Positions 28,024 through 42,762 are shown, counted from the whole stretch's first letter. The stretch is DNA of 63,934 nucleotides, filler included, from Octopus bimaculoides (GCF_001194135.2; 6 parts of 6 records of this genome joined end to end with filler, not necessarily neighbours in it); one strand, 5' to 3'. Notes: generated from the sequence alone by a model not told the origin. Program-made: numbers and translations.

Positions 28024-28852
28024 TACACATATATAGTATATACACACACACACGCACACACATACATACATACACACGCATATATGAGGGCAGCGTTTTA
28101 ATGTTATCATGGGTATATAATGGTCGTTGTATATATTATAAACACATACGGTTCAATATAATTGAACGGGGGCGTTTATCTTCACGATATATGTATGTAT
28201 ATATGTGTGTGTGTGTGCGTGTGTGTGTGTGTCTTTGTGCTGTGTGTATGTATATATACTCGTATACATACTCACATACCTACATACCTTCCTTCACACA
28301 TAAATATATACACACATACTTACATATACACACACATATATACATACATCTAAACATCTCTACATACATGCGTACATACCTACATAAATATAGAAATTCA
28401 TGCATACATGCATACATACATACATACATACATACATACATACATACACACACACAAGTATGTCTTCTGTAACAGGTTGTTATGCATTCCAGGCCGATTT
28501 TCTAAATCCATTAGGGATATTGTCACATTATTAAAACAAAAATAGAAATAAAATATTATCGAATACAAGCAAAATCAAATAGTGAGGTAAGTCATTGATT
28601 TATCGACAGATAGATTGTGTGTATATATAGATATGTATGTGCGTGTGTATGTATGTGTGTGTAATTGTGTAAGAGAGAGAGAGAGAGAAAGAGAGAGCGT
28701 GTGTGCATGAGTATTTTTAAGATTCTGTGTGTGTATGTAAAAGTATTTCTGTAAGAGTGTGTGTGTGTGTGTGTGTGTGTGTATTTAAGCTTCTGTGTGT
28801 GTGTGTATGTGTGTGGACGTGCGTGTGTAAGAGACAAACCGACAGTGAGAAA

Positions 28853-29345
<493 letters not shown>

Positions 29346-29629
29346 NNNNNNNNNNNNNNNNNNNNNNNNNNNNNNNNNNNNNNNNNNNNTTAATTAATTA
29401 ANNNNNNNNNNNNNNNNNNNNNNNNNNNNNNNNNNNNNNNNNNNNATATATATAGTCAGCAGATGAAATCCAGAAATCATGAGAATAGAAGACATTCCGT
29501 AGCGCTCAAATAATTATTCAAACTTAAACCCAAATGGCTTTATAGAGGATCAATTCCACGGGGTAAAGAATGATCCCTCTATATGCATATATATATATAT
29601 GTATACATATATATATATATTATACATAC

Positions 29630-29667
<38 letters not shown>

Positions 29668-30089
29668 TGGTGGAAAGGCTCATAATTGTATGCCATTGCA
29701 TAAAGTTTGCATCCACCATAAATAGTTCAACTTACCAAATAATGCTTTGTATTGGTCAAAAGTGCAAGAGATGTTGCTAGGGCTCTGTTGCGTTTCATTG
29801 TACAAGTAAATGTTTATTCCGCATAATTTCTATTCCGCTTGATAATAAGAAAGTGATTACATCATCTTGTATCATCTAAGTTTACTTTGGATATATTATA
29901 CTGTATCATACAAATTGACATTAAAGTTTGTGCTAACTCTGAAAATATAACCCTATCAATTGTACATTGTTCTGAGGTTTAACAAATAAAGCGATCTCTG
30001 CTAAAGTGGATTTGGAGCGTAACATCCATACTCTTTATTTCGTTCGATAATATCTGAAATTTTAGTTTTATAAATTCAATACACTCATA

Positions 30090-31505
30090 AGCATATGGAA
30101 AGAGAAGTATTACGCTATGCTTTTCATGACATCAATGCCAAACGTTATAGCATGTTAATGTAATACACAAATAGTATTAGACATCAAAAATAACGAGGGG
30201 CTTGTCGAAGTATCATTCAAATATTTAAAACTCAGAAAAGTATTCACAATGAGTGATATTCAATGATAGGATCATTAGCAAATAGGAAACATATTACAGA
30301 GGTTACATCCATTCTTCGAGGATGTATTTCTCGAGCACATAGTCATGTCTCGCAGAATTATACCACCAGAAAGTTAGAAAAGAATACTTTCTTATCGTAC
30401 TAGAACTTCACAAATATTCTTCGGATGTTATTTCCTGGTGTTTGATCTCAAATGAACACAATGAATTGTCGCCTTTCTGTTAGTTAAAAAAGTAATTGTT
30501 TCGAAATTTTATTAATCTTAAGCCATATTTGAATCTAATGTGTTTAAAGAATTATGGACTATACTCAGGATGTATCATCAAATATTGTGCAATAAGTATT
30601 CATATAATTGACATGCCAATCATGCCTATGTAAGGTATGAATAAATTATATCGTGATTATGCAACATCATGCATGAAAACAGTTTTCCTAGTAAGAGGTA
30701 TTATGGTTCGGAATCTATTGCTAGGTTTAGAAAATCCATATTATAAATATGATTACAATGAACATTTACAGTGTATAAAAAATAGCAGTCAAATTAGTAT
30801 TACGCTGAAGAAATACTGTACTAACCAGCCTTTCGAATACCAGCTTGGAATTGGTTGAAAGGAGAGAGCGATCAAACATAATCTGTGATTTTGTCACATG
30901 CGTGGTTTAAGTGAAACTACATTCTGGTTTGAAGAAATTAAGTTAATAGTTGACAAGAGCAACCAAGAATATACTGGCTTATTCAAATCTATAAATGCAC
31001 TGGAAAATGAAGAATGCAAATGCATAAAAAATCTAAAAGCCAGAAGGACAGTAAAATATATTAAAATGTATGTTAAATGCTACGGGGTAGCATTCACTTC
31101 AATAATTTTGCTTATACTGTAAACGTATGAGAATAAGCTACACGCTTGCATTATACTTGATATTAAAAAAGCAGAATCTGCAATATTCTCACACCTAAAA
31201 TATTCATTAAATAATATCTCAGATCGGTTCGATGCCACAAGCTATTTGTATTGAGGTGCAGCTTAAATAACCACTGCCGTGCACTGTGCACATATACTGA
31301 GAAGAAATGCAATTCTACTGAACCATCTACATGAGTTCCTGAAGAAAATAGCGTGTACTTAATTTCATTGAGACTAAGGTTCGTGGACTTAAGTCAGTAT
31401 ACTCTATATGTATATAAACCACGTATTCGAAAAACATATTGAAAAAGCATTCCACTACAGAGTCCTAATTTCAACCTGTTTACTGGGAATCATATTTTTG
31501 CACGT

Positions 31506-31536
<31 letters not shown>

Positions 31537-31640
31537 GATGTTCACGCGCGCACTCACACGCATGCTTGCACACACAAACACACAAAGTTATTTAGGCATA
31601 TATCTATATATAATTATTAAAAGTTATTATTTTTCATATA

Positions 31641-31679
<39 letters not shown>

Positions 31680-34600
31680 GTATATATGTATATATGTATA
31701 TATACATGTATATATATATATATATATATAAATACTGTCTGAAAAATTATCTTCCCTGAGTATTACGCGAGAGGGCAGTATCTTTTTACCAAAATATTTG
31801 ATTGAATATAACACATACAAACAAACCTAACCCTGCTTCCCAAACATTCCACATTTTATTCGTAAGTGAATTTTAAATTCAACGAGAACAACGAATTAAA
31901 TAAAGCTAAATTGGAAGTGAGTTGTTTTTCTTTTTCTCTTGCAAATTTAACTATCACAAAATACGCTTAGTTCTAACTTCGTTTTATACTCAGTAATGGA
32001 AATTAGATTTGAAAACTGTTTGACGTTCACATGACACACTGCTTAGCTCTTTAGCTCGTTTTCGTCTATGTAGCTTGAGTTAATCTACTATTAGTTTTTC
32101 TTTTCCTCGTCACTATTGCCAGATATCTGAAGAACACCGTTACAACCAGAAACATTTATATTTGTATTTTGTTTGGGAGTGAAATTTTTCAATTATTTCA
32201 AATAAGATTACATTTGTTTCTTCAACTCCTCCAACATTAAGATAAACGCCGAACGTATTAAAATTATATAAGGAAGTTCATATTATTCTTTTATTTCAAC
32301 TATTTTAAAAATTACCTTAGTTTCTTCTCACAATTATTTATATATTTTAACTATATGTATTTAAAGGTTCGCTGTAAATTTTTTATACGATGTAATTTAA
32401 CTTTAAGTTTACCGACAAACTTTAAAAAAATAAAATACACTACAAATTCTAAAATAAAAATATGTCATAAATACTACAATGGAAAGACTAAGGATCATAG
32501 GGTTATTTAAGACGGGTTTTATACATCTTTCATCACTGATGTAAAATTCAAACCGATGTATTCCCCTTTATATCTCGTCATTCTTCAACAATGTAATATA
32601 TTTTCTCTTTACATTTTCGCGACATACAGAATATCTTAATGGGGTTATAATGTCGTTGTACATTGATGATTATATCGTAAAAATAAGAAGGAATGCCTAA
32701 TGTAAATTTTTAAGCGTGTTTAGAACAGAATATGGCGTATTTCAAAGTATTATGTAAAATTATAGTGCATAGATGATTATAAGAGGAAACATTTGAGTAG
32801 GGTGGGCTTTTTGTTTGACACTGAAGGAGTAAAAATCATTATAATGCCGGCAGTAGAAACAGAAAAATAAAACAATATGACATTAGGAGAGTAGCTTATA
32901 GGAAATTACATATCAAGAACTTAAGATCAGCTTTTCCATATTTTTATCAGAATGGAAGGCAACCTTTATTCACATTTACATCTCTGTGACTTGTACAAGG
33001 GAGGGAGGAAGGTATGTTCAGTCACAGATCCGCTCCAAATCCTTGCTACAGACTGGACACCGCCGCGGCGGGATGTAAATGACTACATCATTCATAATCG
33101 AATATTTCCTGAAAGAATAAGAACTTACTTTGATCATATAAATGGATTAGCTTAACTATTCATAGACCTCTTATGTCTTTCCCACATTTTTCAAGTTGAG
33201 TTTATTAAGAATTGCGTCTTTTCTTTTCAAAAGTTGGAGAGGGTGTTTGATGGAGATTTTATGTAATTGTTTGAGTTGTGAATAATTATTGTTTACCTTA
33301 AATCCCTCCCTACAAAATGTTACAGTGCAGTTGTCATAATTAAAATATAAATTCTTAAGACAGCTACTGATTCTTATGCAACAAGGGGTCACTGCTTCGG
33401 ATGCTTCGATTAAGAATTACACAAACAAATGTTGGACTGAGAATAAAAATCACTAATGAAACCAAAGACGATTCGAAATAAAAAATGTTATTTGCATTTA
33501 ATATCACAGTGAGAGCAAAGGACCGAAGAACGATTATCTACATGCCCGTACAGAATACAGGAGGTTTGAAAGAAGAATGGTAATGCGAGAAAATGAAATA
33601 TTAATAGTCTACAATACTCTACTAACGTTCATCGTTCTTTCGTATAAATAAGAAAATATTTCAATAAGTTTCTTAGGTGAATTATTACAAATTTTATTAT
33701 GAAGTAGATTATTCAATTTGTCAATTAATCCTTTACGTAACGTCTTAGAATTCTTGTTTACATTTTCTTTTCATCAAATTATATATTATTTTCTTTTAGA
33801 AAAATAGTATGAAGAAAGATACCCTTCAGGGTAAAATTGCTTTTTGATGAAGAGAGATGTGTCTCATTGAGGAGAAATTATCGGTAGCCATGGTGATGAA
33901 ACTAATGTCATTAAATCAAAGAAATAACTAATAATGACATTTTCGACATTAAATTATTTCTCTAGAGGAATTAGAAGAGAAATCAAGTTTTCAGTGAATA
34001 AGATTAAAAAAAAAAAATACAGAAGCACGGAAAACTTATGCGTTACTGAAATCGACGGAGATTAGTATTCAATCAGTTGTATGACTGTCTCTTATCTTTA
34101 AAAAGCTATATCTTGCCTAGAAACAAAATCTATCCAAACACCGAAAGGAGAAAATACAGGTGACATAGTTGTACCCCACAGATGAGAAGACATATTTCTC
34201 CCGAGAAAATGAGAATGAAGTAATGTTTTTATTCAATATCTTTATACAAAATGAATCAGTAAGACGACTTTCTCCACCTATAGTCTTTATTTCCGTAGTG
34301 AATGCCGTAGAATATTAATCGGTGGAATACAAGTGGCAGAACCAAGGACAAGGCTAGTGAAATTAATCCTTGGTTCATCGTCATTATTGCATTATAGAAC
34401 TAGGCTAAAGTCGACATTACTCTAACGTGTTCAGAGGTTCACCCTGTATGGACATGCAAAGTTGATCCTCTTTAAACTGTAGAAAATCATTCAAGAGCTC
34501 TTCTTTATTAAGGCTGGAAAAAAAAAACATCACAAAATGCCACTCAACAAGTAATCCAGAACGGCAAAGAGTTGTTATACTCGTGGCCCTATGTGGTCCT

Positions 34601-36100
34601 ATAATATTTTCTGGGAAAGCGAAAAAGGAGAGAAATTATCAGCATCTATATAACAGCAACACATAACAACTTCTGTTTCAACAATACAGTATTTCGTATC
34701 CACAAGAAAAGCAAAGGAATTTACTCATAGCTACGAACCTCTCACTCATTCGTAATAAGTTTTGATTGGATCGGAATCATAATTCTACTTAAGGATTTTG
34801 TAAATATAGTCATGACGAGAAATTGGTGTATAATTCTTATAAAAATGTCAATGGTATACAAGGTACGTCTAGTTTCATTTTTGTGTGCTTGTATTAGAGA
34901 TATTTTTTTTATCTAGGAAAGGACATCAACGTAGAACTTTTTCAGTTGTTATTGCTTTTTACTATGAATCATACTGAGGAAAAATCGACACATCTGGAAA
35001 ATAACAAACAACTAATTGTGGTTAGCCAACATATTTTCTCTCAGCTGCTGTACACGCAGTTGACGTTTACCGTGGAAGTTTATCGGACACACATTATGCC
35101 CAATAAATTCATATGCCGTACCCACACTTAAAGCGTCAATTTGATTTAGGTGGAATTCTAACCAGTTCACTAACATTAGTGCCAGGTGTTGTCCTAGAAG
35201 ATGTTATCGATCTTGCCCCCAGAAGTTGGATCACGTCAATATACATCAGCATTTATTTGCTGATTATAAAGGTTTGCCATTTTTCGGAACTTTTTGCATT
35301 GCACGCTTTGTTTAAGAGTATGTTTCTTCCATTTCTCCTGTATATCTTGATATGGCAGCTCTTGTATTAGATACTGATATCGATCAGTAGTAACACGTAT
35401 GCGTTTGGGAGGACTGTGTCGCTGTGAAATTGGCTTGCAGCATCAATCATTGGGAGTAACTACAAATGACGCCCTACATGTAACACGTCCTCAGAAAAAA
35501 GCAAATATGTCATGTAACGTTTACTTTCATTCAATCGAGACTCTAATCAATTTGGAGCACTTTTAGGGATAGATAAAAAATGGCAAGATATTGTGAGAAG
35601 TTGCCCTTCTCACTTGGATATTTGTTGAAAAGAAGATTTCACTGAGAGGTGGTTATTTGGATGCCGACGGCTACTACAAGGAATGCGGTTTCTCATACTG
35701 CATAGGAAATCTCTGAACCTATATATGCGAGTAGACAATCCAGAACGAGAAATGTGAAGAAGTGTGGTCGCTTACATGCTCCATGACTTTGAACAGCACA
35801 GCTACTACACCGCAGATGTTGCAAGCATAATGGGAATGGCGATGAATGTTGTCTAGTAAATGCGGCTCATTTAGTTAGGAGAGATCTTTTCTCGGGGAAC
35901 AAGCCCTCGTTACCTACAAGTACCATTTTAAAAGGAAGATAGTGTAATGTGGTGATCCCTCTAGTCTATGTTACGGTAGGCGAATGTGGCTTTTGAAATT
36001 ATCTGATTTCAAAATTATCTGATTTGGCTACATGCAGTTACTCTTGCAGATGTTGGCTGGAACAAAGAACTGATAAACTGCATTTGTATTTGATGCCTCA
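30090..36100 (+). pseudogene. L: Endogenous viral element 1: decayed L protein gene of a negative-strand RNA virus (Haploviricotina-like)
   Basis: Collinear motifs across frameshifts: QEYTGLFKS 30964; LEQNMA..SKYY...DDYKRK 32720-32790; FLFDTEG (motif A Asp 32817); YFYQNGRQP 32939; QGREEGMF (motif B) 32996; KLERVF 33231; IYMPVQNTGGL 33535; RRLVFNQLYDC 34053; FRSE(C/W)RRILIGGIQVAEP 34291; YTRGP 34576-34590 followed by LG..E..EK; DINVELFQ 34922; LPTSTILKG...VYVTVGECG 35910-35990. Order and spacing match VSV L as recalled. The catalytic motif C is not recognisable. Confidence 0.75.
31400..32480. other. Host-type insertion (CA/TA microsatellites plus AT-rich DNA) splitting EVE1
   Basis: No protein-like frame. 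Removing about 1.1 kb restores the expected distance between the N-terminal conserved block and motif A. Confidence 0.55.
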
Positions 36101-36479
36101 TACACATCCGGGTAGTGAGTGACGTGATCCAAAAAAGAACAAAAATATAGCCACCATATTTAAGGAGCATTTATCTTCCTCATTTTGTTGATCTGTAATG
36201 TTTGTGCTCTTTATAATAATCTATTTTGAATGGGAAATGTTTCTTACTGATGGTTATCAAATTTAATTAAATATAATGTGACCCTTGTCTGTTGTTTATT
36301 TTTTGGTTCGTGTTTTAAGTTTGAGTAAATTACCAGTAATTCGTTGAGTGCAATGGAATCGACTAATAGTCTCACCTGAAATTCAAGCTCTCTACGGATG
36401 TTAGAAAAAAGTTATTTATCACCATCACCACCATTATTATTATTATTATTAATTAATTAATTAATTTATTTATTTATTT

Positions 36480-36830
36480 AGGCGGTGAGCTACAGAATCG
36501 TTAGCATGACGGATAAAATGCTTAGTGGCATTTGTTGAGTTCAATTTCTGCCGAAGCCGACTATGCTTTTTACATTTCGAGGTCGATTAAGTGTGTACCA
36601 GTTGAGCACTGGAACCGATGTAATCGATTTAAACGTTACCCTAAAGTTTGTGTTGCAAAATTTAAAATAATTGTTATTGTTATTGTTACTAGACCGACGA
36701 GTTGATAGAATGTTAGCACGCCTGCTAAAATGCTTTGCAACGTTCCATCTTAATCTTTATATTCCGAATTCTAATCCTGTCGACCTCAACTTAGCCTTTT
36801 CTCCTTTGGTGTTTATATAAGAAAGTACCC
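36480..36830 (+). mobile_element. Two decayed SINE family B copies
   Basis: ggcggtgagcta.cagaatcgttagca...; gatagaatgttagcacgcc... Confidence 0.7.
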
Positions 36831-38403
36831 CCTCTCCAGAGTAATGTTGGTACAGAAGGAAAATTAAAAAGAAATATGCATGTTATACTTTTTAAAAGAT
36901 TTTGTATACATTCCCTGATAAGATATATATGAAATTACAGATAAATTCAGTTGAACAGTTTTAGTACATCAAATTCTTTTTATATTAAATCTCTAATTTC
37001 TCATTTCTTATGCAATTTTCAAATGCAATTTTCACCGTTTTCTTAAACCACCTTAAGCACAACTGATGATATTATGTAGTGCATTCACTGACTTGCTATT
37101 AAAACATTTTAAATATATGGTGCATACAATGAGATTCTATTAAATGTTTCCAACTTCATTCCTGATCTAATAGAAACTGTCGTATAAAAATTACTTTATA
37201 ACTTATCTATTTCAAAATTTCAATTACCTCAATAGAAAAAGAGAAAAAAAGACTGAAGACATTGACGATGTGGCTTAATGTATAAACATTCATATTTGCA
37301 TTTTTGACAACAAGTTTTAAATGGAGTTGATGACATTTAACCGGTATTTTTAATTCAGCTTGTAAGTTCCAATTTGAATATATATNNNNNNNNNNNNNNN
37401 NNNNNNNNNNNNNNNNNNNNNNNNNNNNNTTAATTAATTAANNNNNNNNNNNNNNNNNNNNNNNNNNNNNNNNNNNNNNNNNNNNATATATATATATATA
37501 TATATATACTCAGAAACGCACACAAACATGCATGTGTATGTGCATGTTTCATGTATGTGCGCGTGTGAGCTTCTGCGTGTGTGCTCACGCGTGTGTATGT
37601 GTGTGTGTGCGTGCGTGTGTGCGTGTATGTGTGTAAAGCATTGTAATATACGTAACACTTACAAAATGTACTGAAAACTTTCCAGTGTAAACATTCTAAG
37701 ATGGCCGCTGAAAAATGATTAGGTTTCGAAATGTGTAGATCGATTTTTACGCCGCGATCAAGGCCAGTCTAATTAGGACGTGTTAGAAGCTAACAAATAT
37801 TCGCAATCAAGCTGGAGATGAAATATCGATCGCCTACCATCTGTACGTTTTTTTTTCTCTTTTTTTATTCTTTGTGTATTTTTTTTTGTTTTGTTCTTAT
37901 TTCATTCTTTTTCTTTTTCTTGGTTTGTATTGGTTTCGTTGTAATTGTTATATTTTCTATGTTTTTATTGTAATTTTCATTTGATTTGTATTGTAAAAGT
38001 TGCGGAGGTTATTTCGTTTTGTATTTCTTTCTTTATTTTTTTTTTCTTTCTGATTTTCTAATTACTTTTATTTCGTTTTCTTACTTTCTTATATATATAT
38101 CTTTTCATTCGTAATAACATTACATGGCACTTTCTTCATATATCTTTATAGTATATCGGTTTAGGTCGGACACGTAGGAATATAGACATGTGTACATACA
38201 GATACAAACGCTGAAGCAGACACACGTACACACACACACACACTCCTTACAAACATCTATATTTACGTATATACACATGTATGTCTTCTTACTTTATATA
38301 AATATGGGCATGTGAATAAATAGATAATGTATATATATAATTATATATATATATATATTCGCGTATGTGTGTAGATTTAGATGTATATATAAATATATAT
38401 ATT

Positions 38404-38456
<53 letters not shown>

Positions 38457-38552
38457 GAAGGTATGCCTAAAATTAATAGATTATACATACATCAATGATT
38501 AAATTAGCAATACACACACACTCACATAAATATATATATATATAAGTATATA

Positions 38553-38599
<47 letters not shown>

Positions 38600-38734
38600 G
38601 TATATACACATAAATAAAAGTACATAAATGTGTGTGTGCTTCTCTGTTGATATGAATATATGAGACACATACACACACGCATATATATATATACATATAT
38701 ACGCACAGACAGATAGATAGATAGATATAATACA

Positions 38735-38955
38735 AAAATGGGACAAGAACGCAAAACATCCAGACAGTTAGGTGATATAAAAAAGGGACAACAACACATC
38801 CAGACAGACGATACAAAGAAAACAGGGACGAGTCATTCGGAGTTTTCTTTCCTCAGTCGAGTTCCAGATTATCTTTGCAATTTCGGCTGGTTATACTCGA
38901 GATTGCTCCAATCTGGCCAGCCCCAAGAAGAACTAAGTTAAGAGCATTAGATTCC
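38735..38955. repeat. Probable interspersed repeat (possibly a Penelope-type retroelement end)
   Basis: Non-coding block between microsatellites with an internal aacatccagacag duplication. The family assignment is from recollection only; there is no second copy in this window. Confidence 0.35.
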
Positions 38956-39405
38956 TTATATATATATGTATATATATATATATACACAAATATATATATG
39001 TGTGTGTGTGTGTGTGTTTCGTGGAGAAAGTGACAGGCTATATGAAATGTTCCGTTTTAATCAAAAGCAGGATTTGTTTGGAAACAACTGAAGATTTTCT
39101 GTGTCTTTTCGAAGCAGTTTATCCAAATTATAGTGAATTTAAGTATTACATAAACTCGAGTTCTAAATACAAACGAGATGTAAGCTCAACAAAATGTTTG
39201 ATAATTCTTGAGGCGTTAAATACACGAAGCTTCCAATAGTAAATAATTGTGGAAGTTATGACTTGTTTCTTACATGCTTTCGTGTGGCTTTCTTGGATTT
39301 GAAATATATAGCAGTTAAAGAACCGACTGGAGGAATCGTCGGATATGATCAGCTTTTATATATCTTGAACGGATGGACCGAAAACTTTTTCATATATAAA
39401 TAGAC

Positions 39406-39436
<31 letters not shown>

Positions 39437-39669
39437 AAGGCAGCGAGCTGGCAGAAACGTTAGCACACCGGACGAAATGCTTAGCAGTATTTCGTCTGCC
39501 GTTACGTTCTGTGTTCAAATTCCGTCGAGGTCGACTTTGCCTTTCATCCTTTCGGGGTCGATGAATTAAGTACCAGTTACGCAATGGAGTCGATGTAATC
39601 GACTTAATCCCTTTGTTTGTCCTTGTTTGTCCCCTCTGTGTTTATCCCCTTGTGGACAATAAAGAAATT
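39437..39669 (+). mobile_element. SINE family B, full length
   Basis: Matches 26896-27130 and 52579-52815. Confidence 0.85.
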
Positions 39670-39787
39670 AGATACATACATACATACATACATACATAAA
39701 TAGGTAAATACATACCTACATACATCGACAGACAGATAGCTAGATAGGCACGTACGTGCGTATGCATTTATGCATCTATGTATATCA

Positions 39788-39839
<52 letters not shown>

Positions 39840-40623
39840 TAAATGATAGGGTTGCCTCAATCCTTCAGGGGTAGTCTGAAGCATCCAAGCAACCAGGTAT
39901 TGGTACCTAGAGGACCTAAAGAGTGCCAGGTAACGCTAAGTAAGTGTTATGGACAGACTAACTGTAGTTAAACTCTTGGTTCGATAATGATACGAATGAG
40001 GAGTCTAATGTGGATCTTGTATTAGGATGCATATATATATATATATATATATATATTGGCTCTGTTATCTCATTCTGTCTAATATATGTATATATATGAA
40101 CACAGATTAAAATAGTGAGGGTGTGAGTGAAATAAAAGGAAATTTATTTTAATCGAAAGATAGACTGGAGCATGAAGCAGTTACAGAGGTAGGTCAGTGG
40201 AGGAAAGAAACGGAAGCCGATAACACGCAATACAAGTAATAAATGCTAGAAATGAACGTAAGGAAAAGTTGAGAAAATTGCAAATCATACGGACAGACAG
40301 AAAATGGAAGCAAATGTAAAAGTCGGTTGATTAGTGAGGAATAAAACCAATTGGACAGTATGAACGGCAATTAATTAAATCTATATCGTTAATGGTCTGT
40401 TGATTAAACGTTAAGTGTTTTCACCACCTTACTTCATATCTAGTTGCTCTCCAACTCCCCCACCTCTCCTCTTGTATATTTGTATATCTCTCTCCGCATC
40501 TTTCTACACTACAACCTCATTACTTTTCGTTCATTATCATTATTATTATTATTATTATCATTATTATTCACTCTCTTCCTCCACCCTATATCCAGCAGAT
40601 GTATTACACATATATATATACAT

Positions 40624-40694
<71 letters not shown>

Positions 40695-42139
40695 NNNNNN
40701 NNNNNNNNNNNNNNNNNNNNNNNNNNNNNNNNNNNNNNNNNNNNNNNNNNNNNNNNNNNNNNNNNNNNNNNNNNNNNNNNNNNNNNNNNNNNNNNNNNNN
40801 NNNNNNNNNNNNNNNNNNNNNNNNNNNNNNNNNNNNNNNNNNNNNNNNNNNNNNNNNNNNNNNNNNNNNNNNNNNNNNNNNNNNNNNNNNNNNNNNNNNN
40901 NNNNNNNNNNNNNNNNNNNNNNNNNNNNNNNNNNNNNNNNNNNNNNNNNNNNNNNNNNNNNNNNNNNNNNNNNNNNNNNNNNNNNNNNNNNNNNNNNNNN
41001 NNNNNNNNNNNNNNNNNNNNNNNNNNNNNNNNNNNNNNNNNNNNNNNNNNNNNNNNNNNNNNNNNNNNNNNNNNNNNNNNNNNNNNNNNNNNNNNNNNNN
41101 NNNNNNNNNNNNNNNNNNNNNNNNNNNNNNNNNNNNNNNNNNNNNNNNNNNNNNNNNNNNNNNNNNNNNNNNNNNNNNNNNNNNNNNNNNNNNNNNNNNN
41201 NNNNNNNNNNNNNNNNNNNNNNNNNNNNNNNNNNNNNNNNNNNNNNNNNNNNNNNNNNNNNNNNNNNNNNNNNNNNNNNNNNNNNNNNNNNNNNNNNNNN
41301 NNNNNNNNNNNNNNNNNNNNNNNNNNNNNNNNNNNNNNNNNNNNNNNNNNNNNNNNNNNNNNNNNNNNNNNNNNNNNNNNNNNNNNNNNNNNNNNNNNNN
41401 NNNNNNNNNNNNNNNNNNNNNNNNNNNNNNNNNNNNNNNNNNNNNNNNNNNNNNNNNNNNNNNNNNNNNNNNNNNNNNNNNNNNNNNNNNNNNNNNNNNN
41501 NNNNNNNNNNNNNNNNNNNNNNNNNNNNNNNNNNNNNNNNNNNNNNNNNNNNNNNNNNNNNNNNNNNNNNNNNNNNNNNNNNNNNNNNNNNNNNNNNNNN
41601 NNNNNNNNNNNNNNNNNATATATATATATATATACTTATATATGTATATATATATAAACACACACATATATTTACATTTAAGTAAACACCCATACACTCA
41701 CACACACACCACACACACGCACATATACACATATAGATAAACAGATAGATACATAGATGCACACATAGAGACACTCATATATCTGTAGTGATTTTCCTTC
41801 TTTGTCTTCCTCTCATCCCTCTGTCACTCTTATTCTTTCATTGTGCGTGCATCTACCTGTATGCAAATTTGCTAATTTCTTACTAATACATACATGCAAA
41901 CATATACGCTCATAGACATGCACAAAGATAATCATTTACGTATATATATATGTATATTTATATGCATATACACACACATATATATATGTGTGTGTGTATG
42001 TATGTATGTGTGATGCTGTGTCTATATGTATAGGTATATATATGTTTGTGTGTGTAGGTGTGTGTGTGGATTTGAACATCTGCACCTCCCAAAATTATGC
42101 ATGCGCCATCTTCGTTTATTTTTCTTTCTCTCTCACCCG

Positions 42140-42213
<74 letters not shown>

Positions 42214-42762
42214 TTCTCTGTCACACACGCACGTGTTTACGAGATGTAGGCACGGGTGTGTGGTTATAGAGTTCAGTTAGCAACATCATGGTTGAAGGTT
42301 CGATCCTGGCGTCTGAGCAAATGTCCACTGAGAACAGCCTCTTGTTAGCCAATAAGTCTTAGAATAGAATTTGCCAGACAGTAACTTCGTTTTGTAATGT
42401 CTGTGTATACATATGTGCGTGAGAGACGGAGAGAGTCTGCGTGTGTGCGAGAGAGAGAGATGGGGGTTAGTGTGTGTGTGTGTTTGTGTTGATGTGCGTG
42501 TGGGTTAGAATAGATTAAAAACCTATTCGATTGCTTGTACCTCCAAGGATCTAGCTTGGAGGTATATTAAACCAAAACTTGAGATTTCTGAGGAGAACTC
42601 AGCTATCTGAACCAATATTCTCTGAGTATATGACTACAATTCATAGAATCACTAGATTTTGGACGGTCGAAGCCGATTCCTGATTGACATATTTCAGTTA
42701 AGATGATAAACCTCCTTCAACACAGGTATTCAATACATGTTCGATGCGAATGTAATTTCGTA

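Noticed and set aside
30637-30858. ORF MNKLYRDY... as a host gene exon (GVIN-, RNF213- or GREB1-like ideas considered)
   Set aside because: There is no convincing motif match or splice structure. Neighbouring frames carry many stops and fit the collinear viral L model better.
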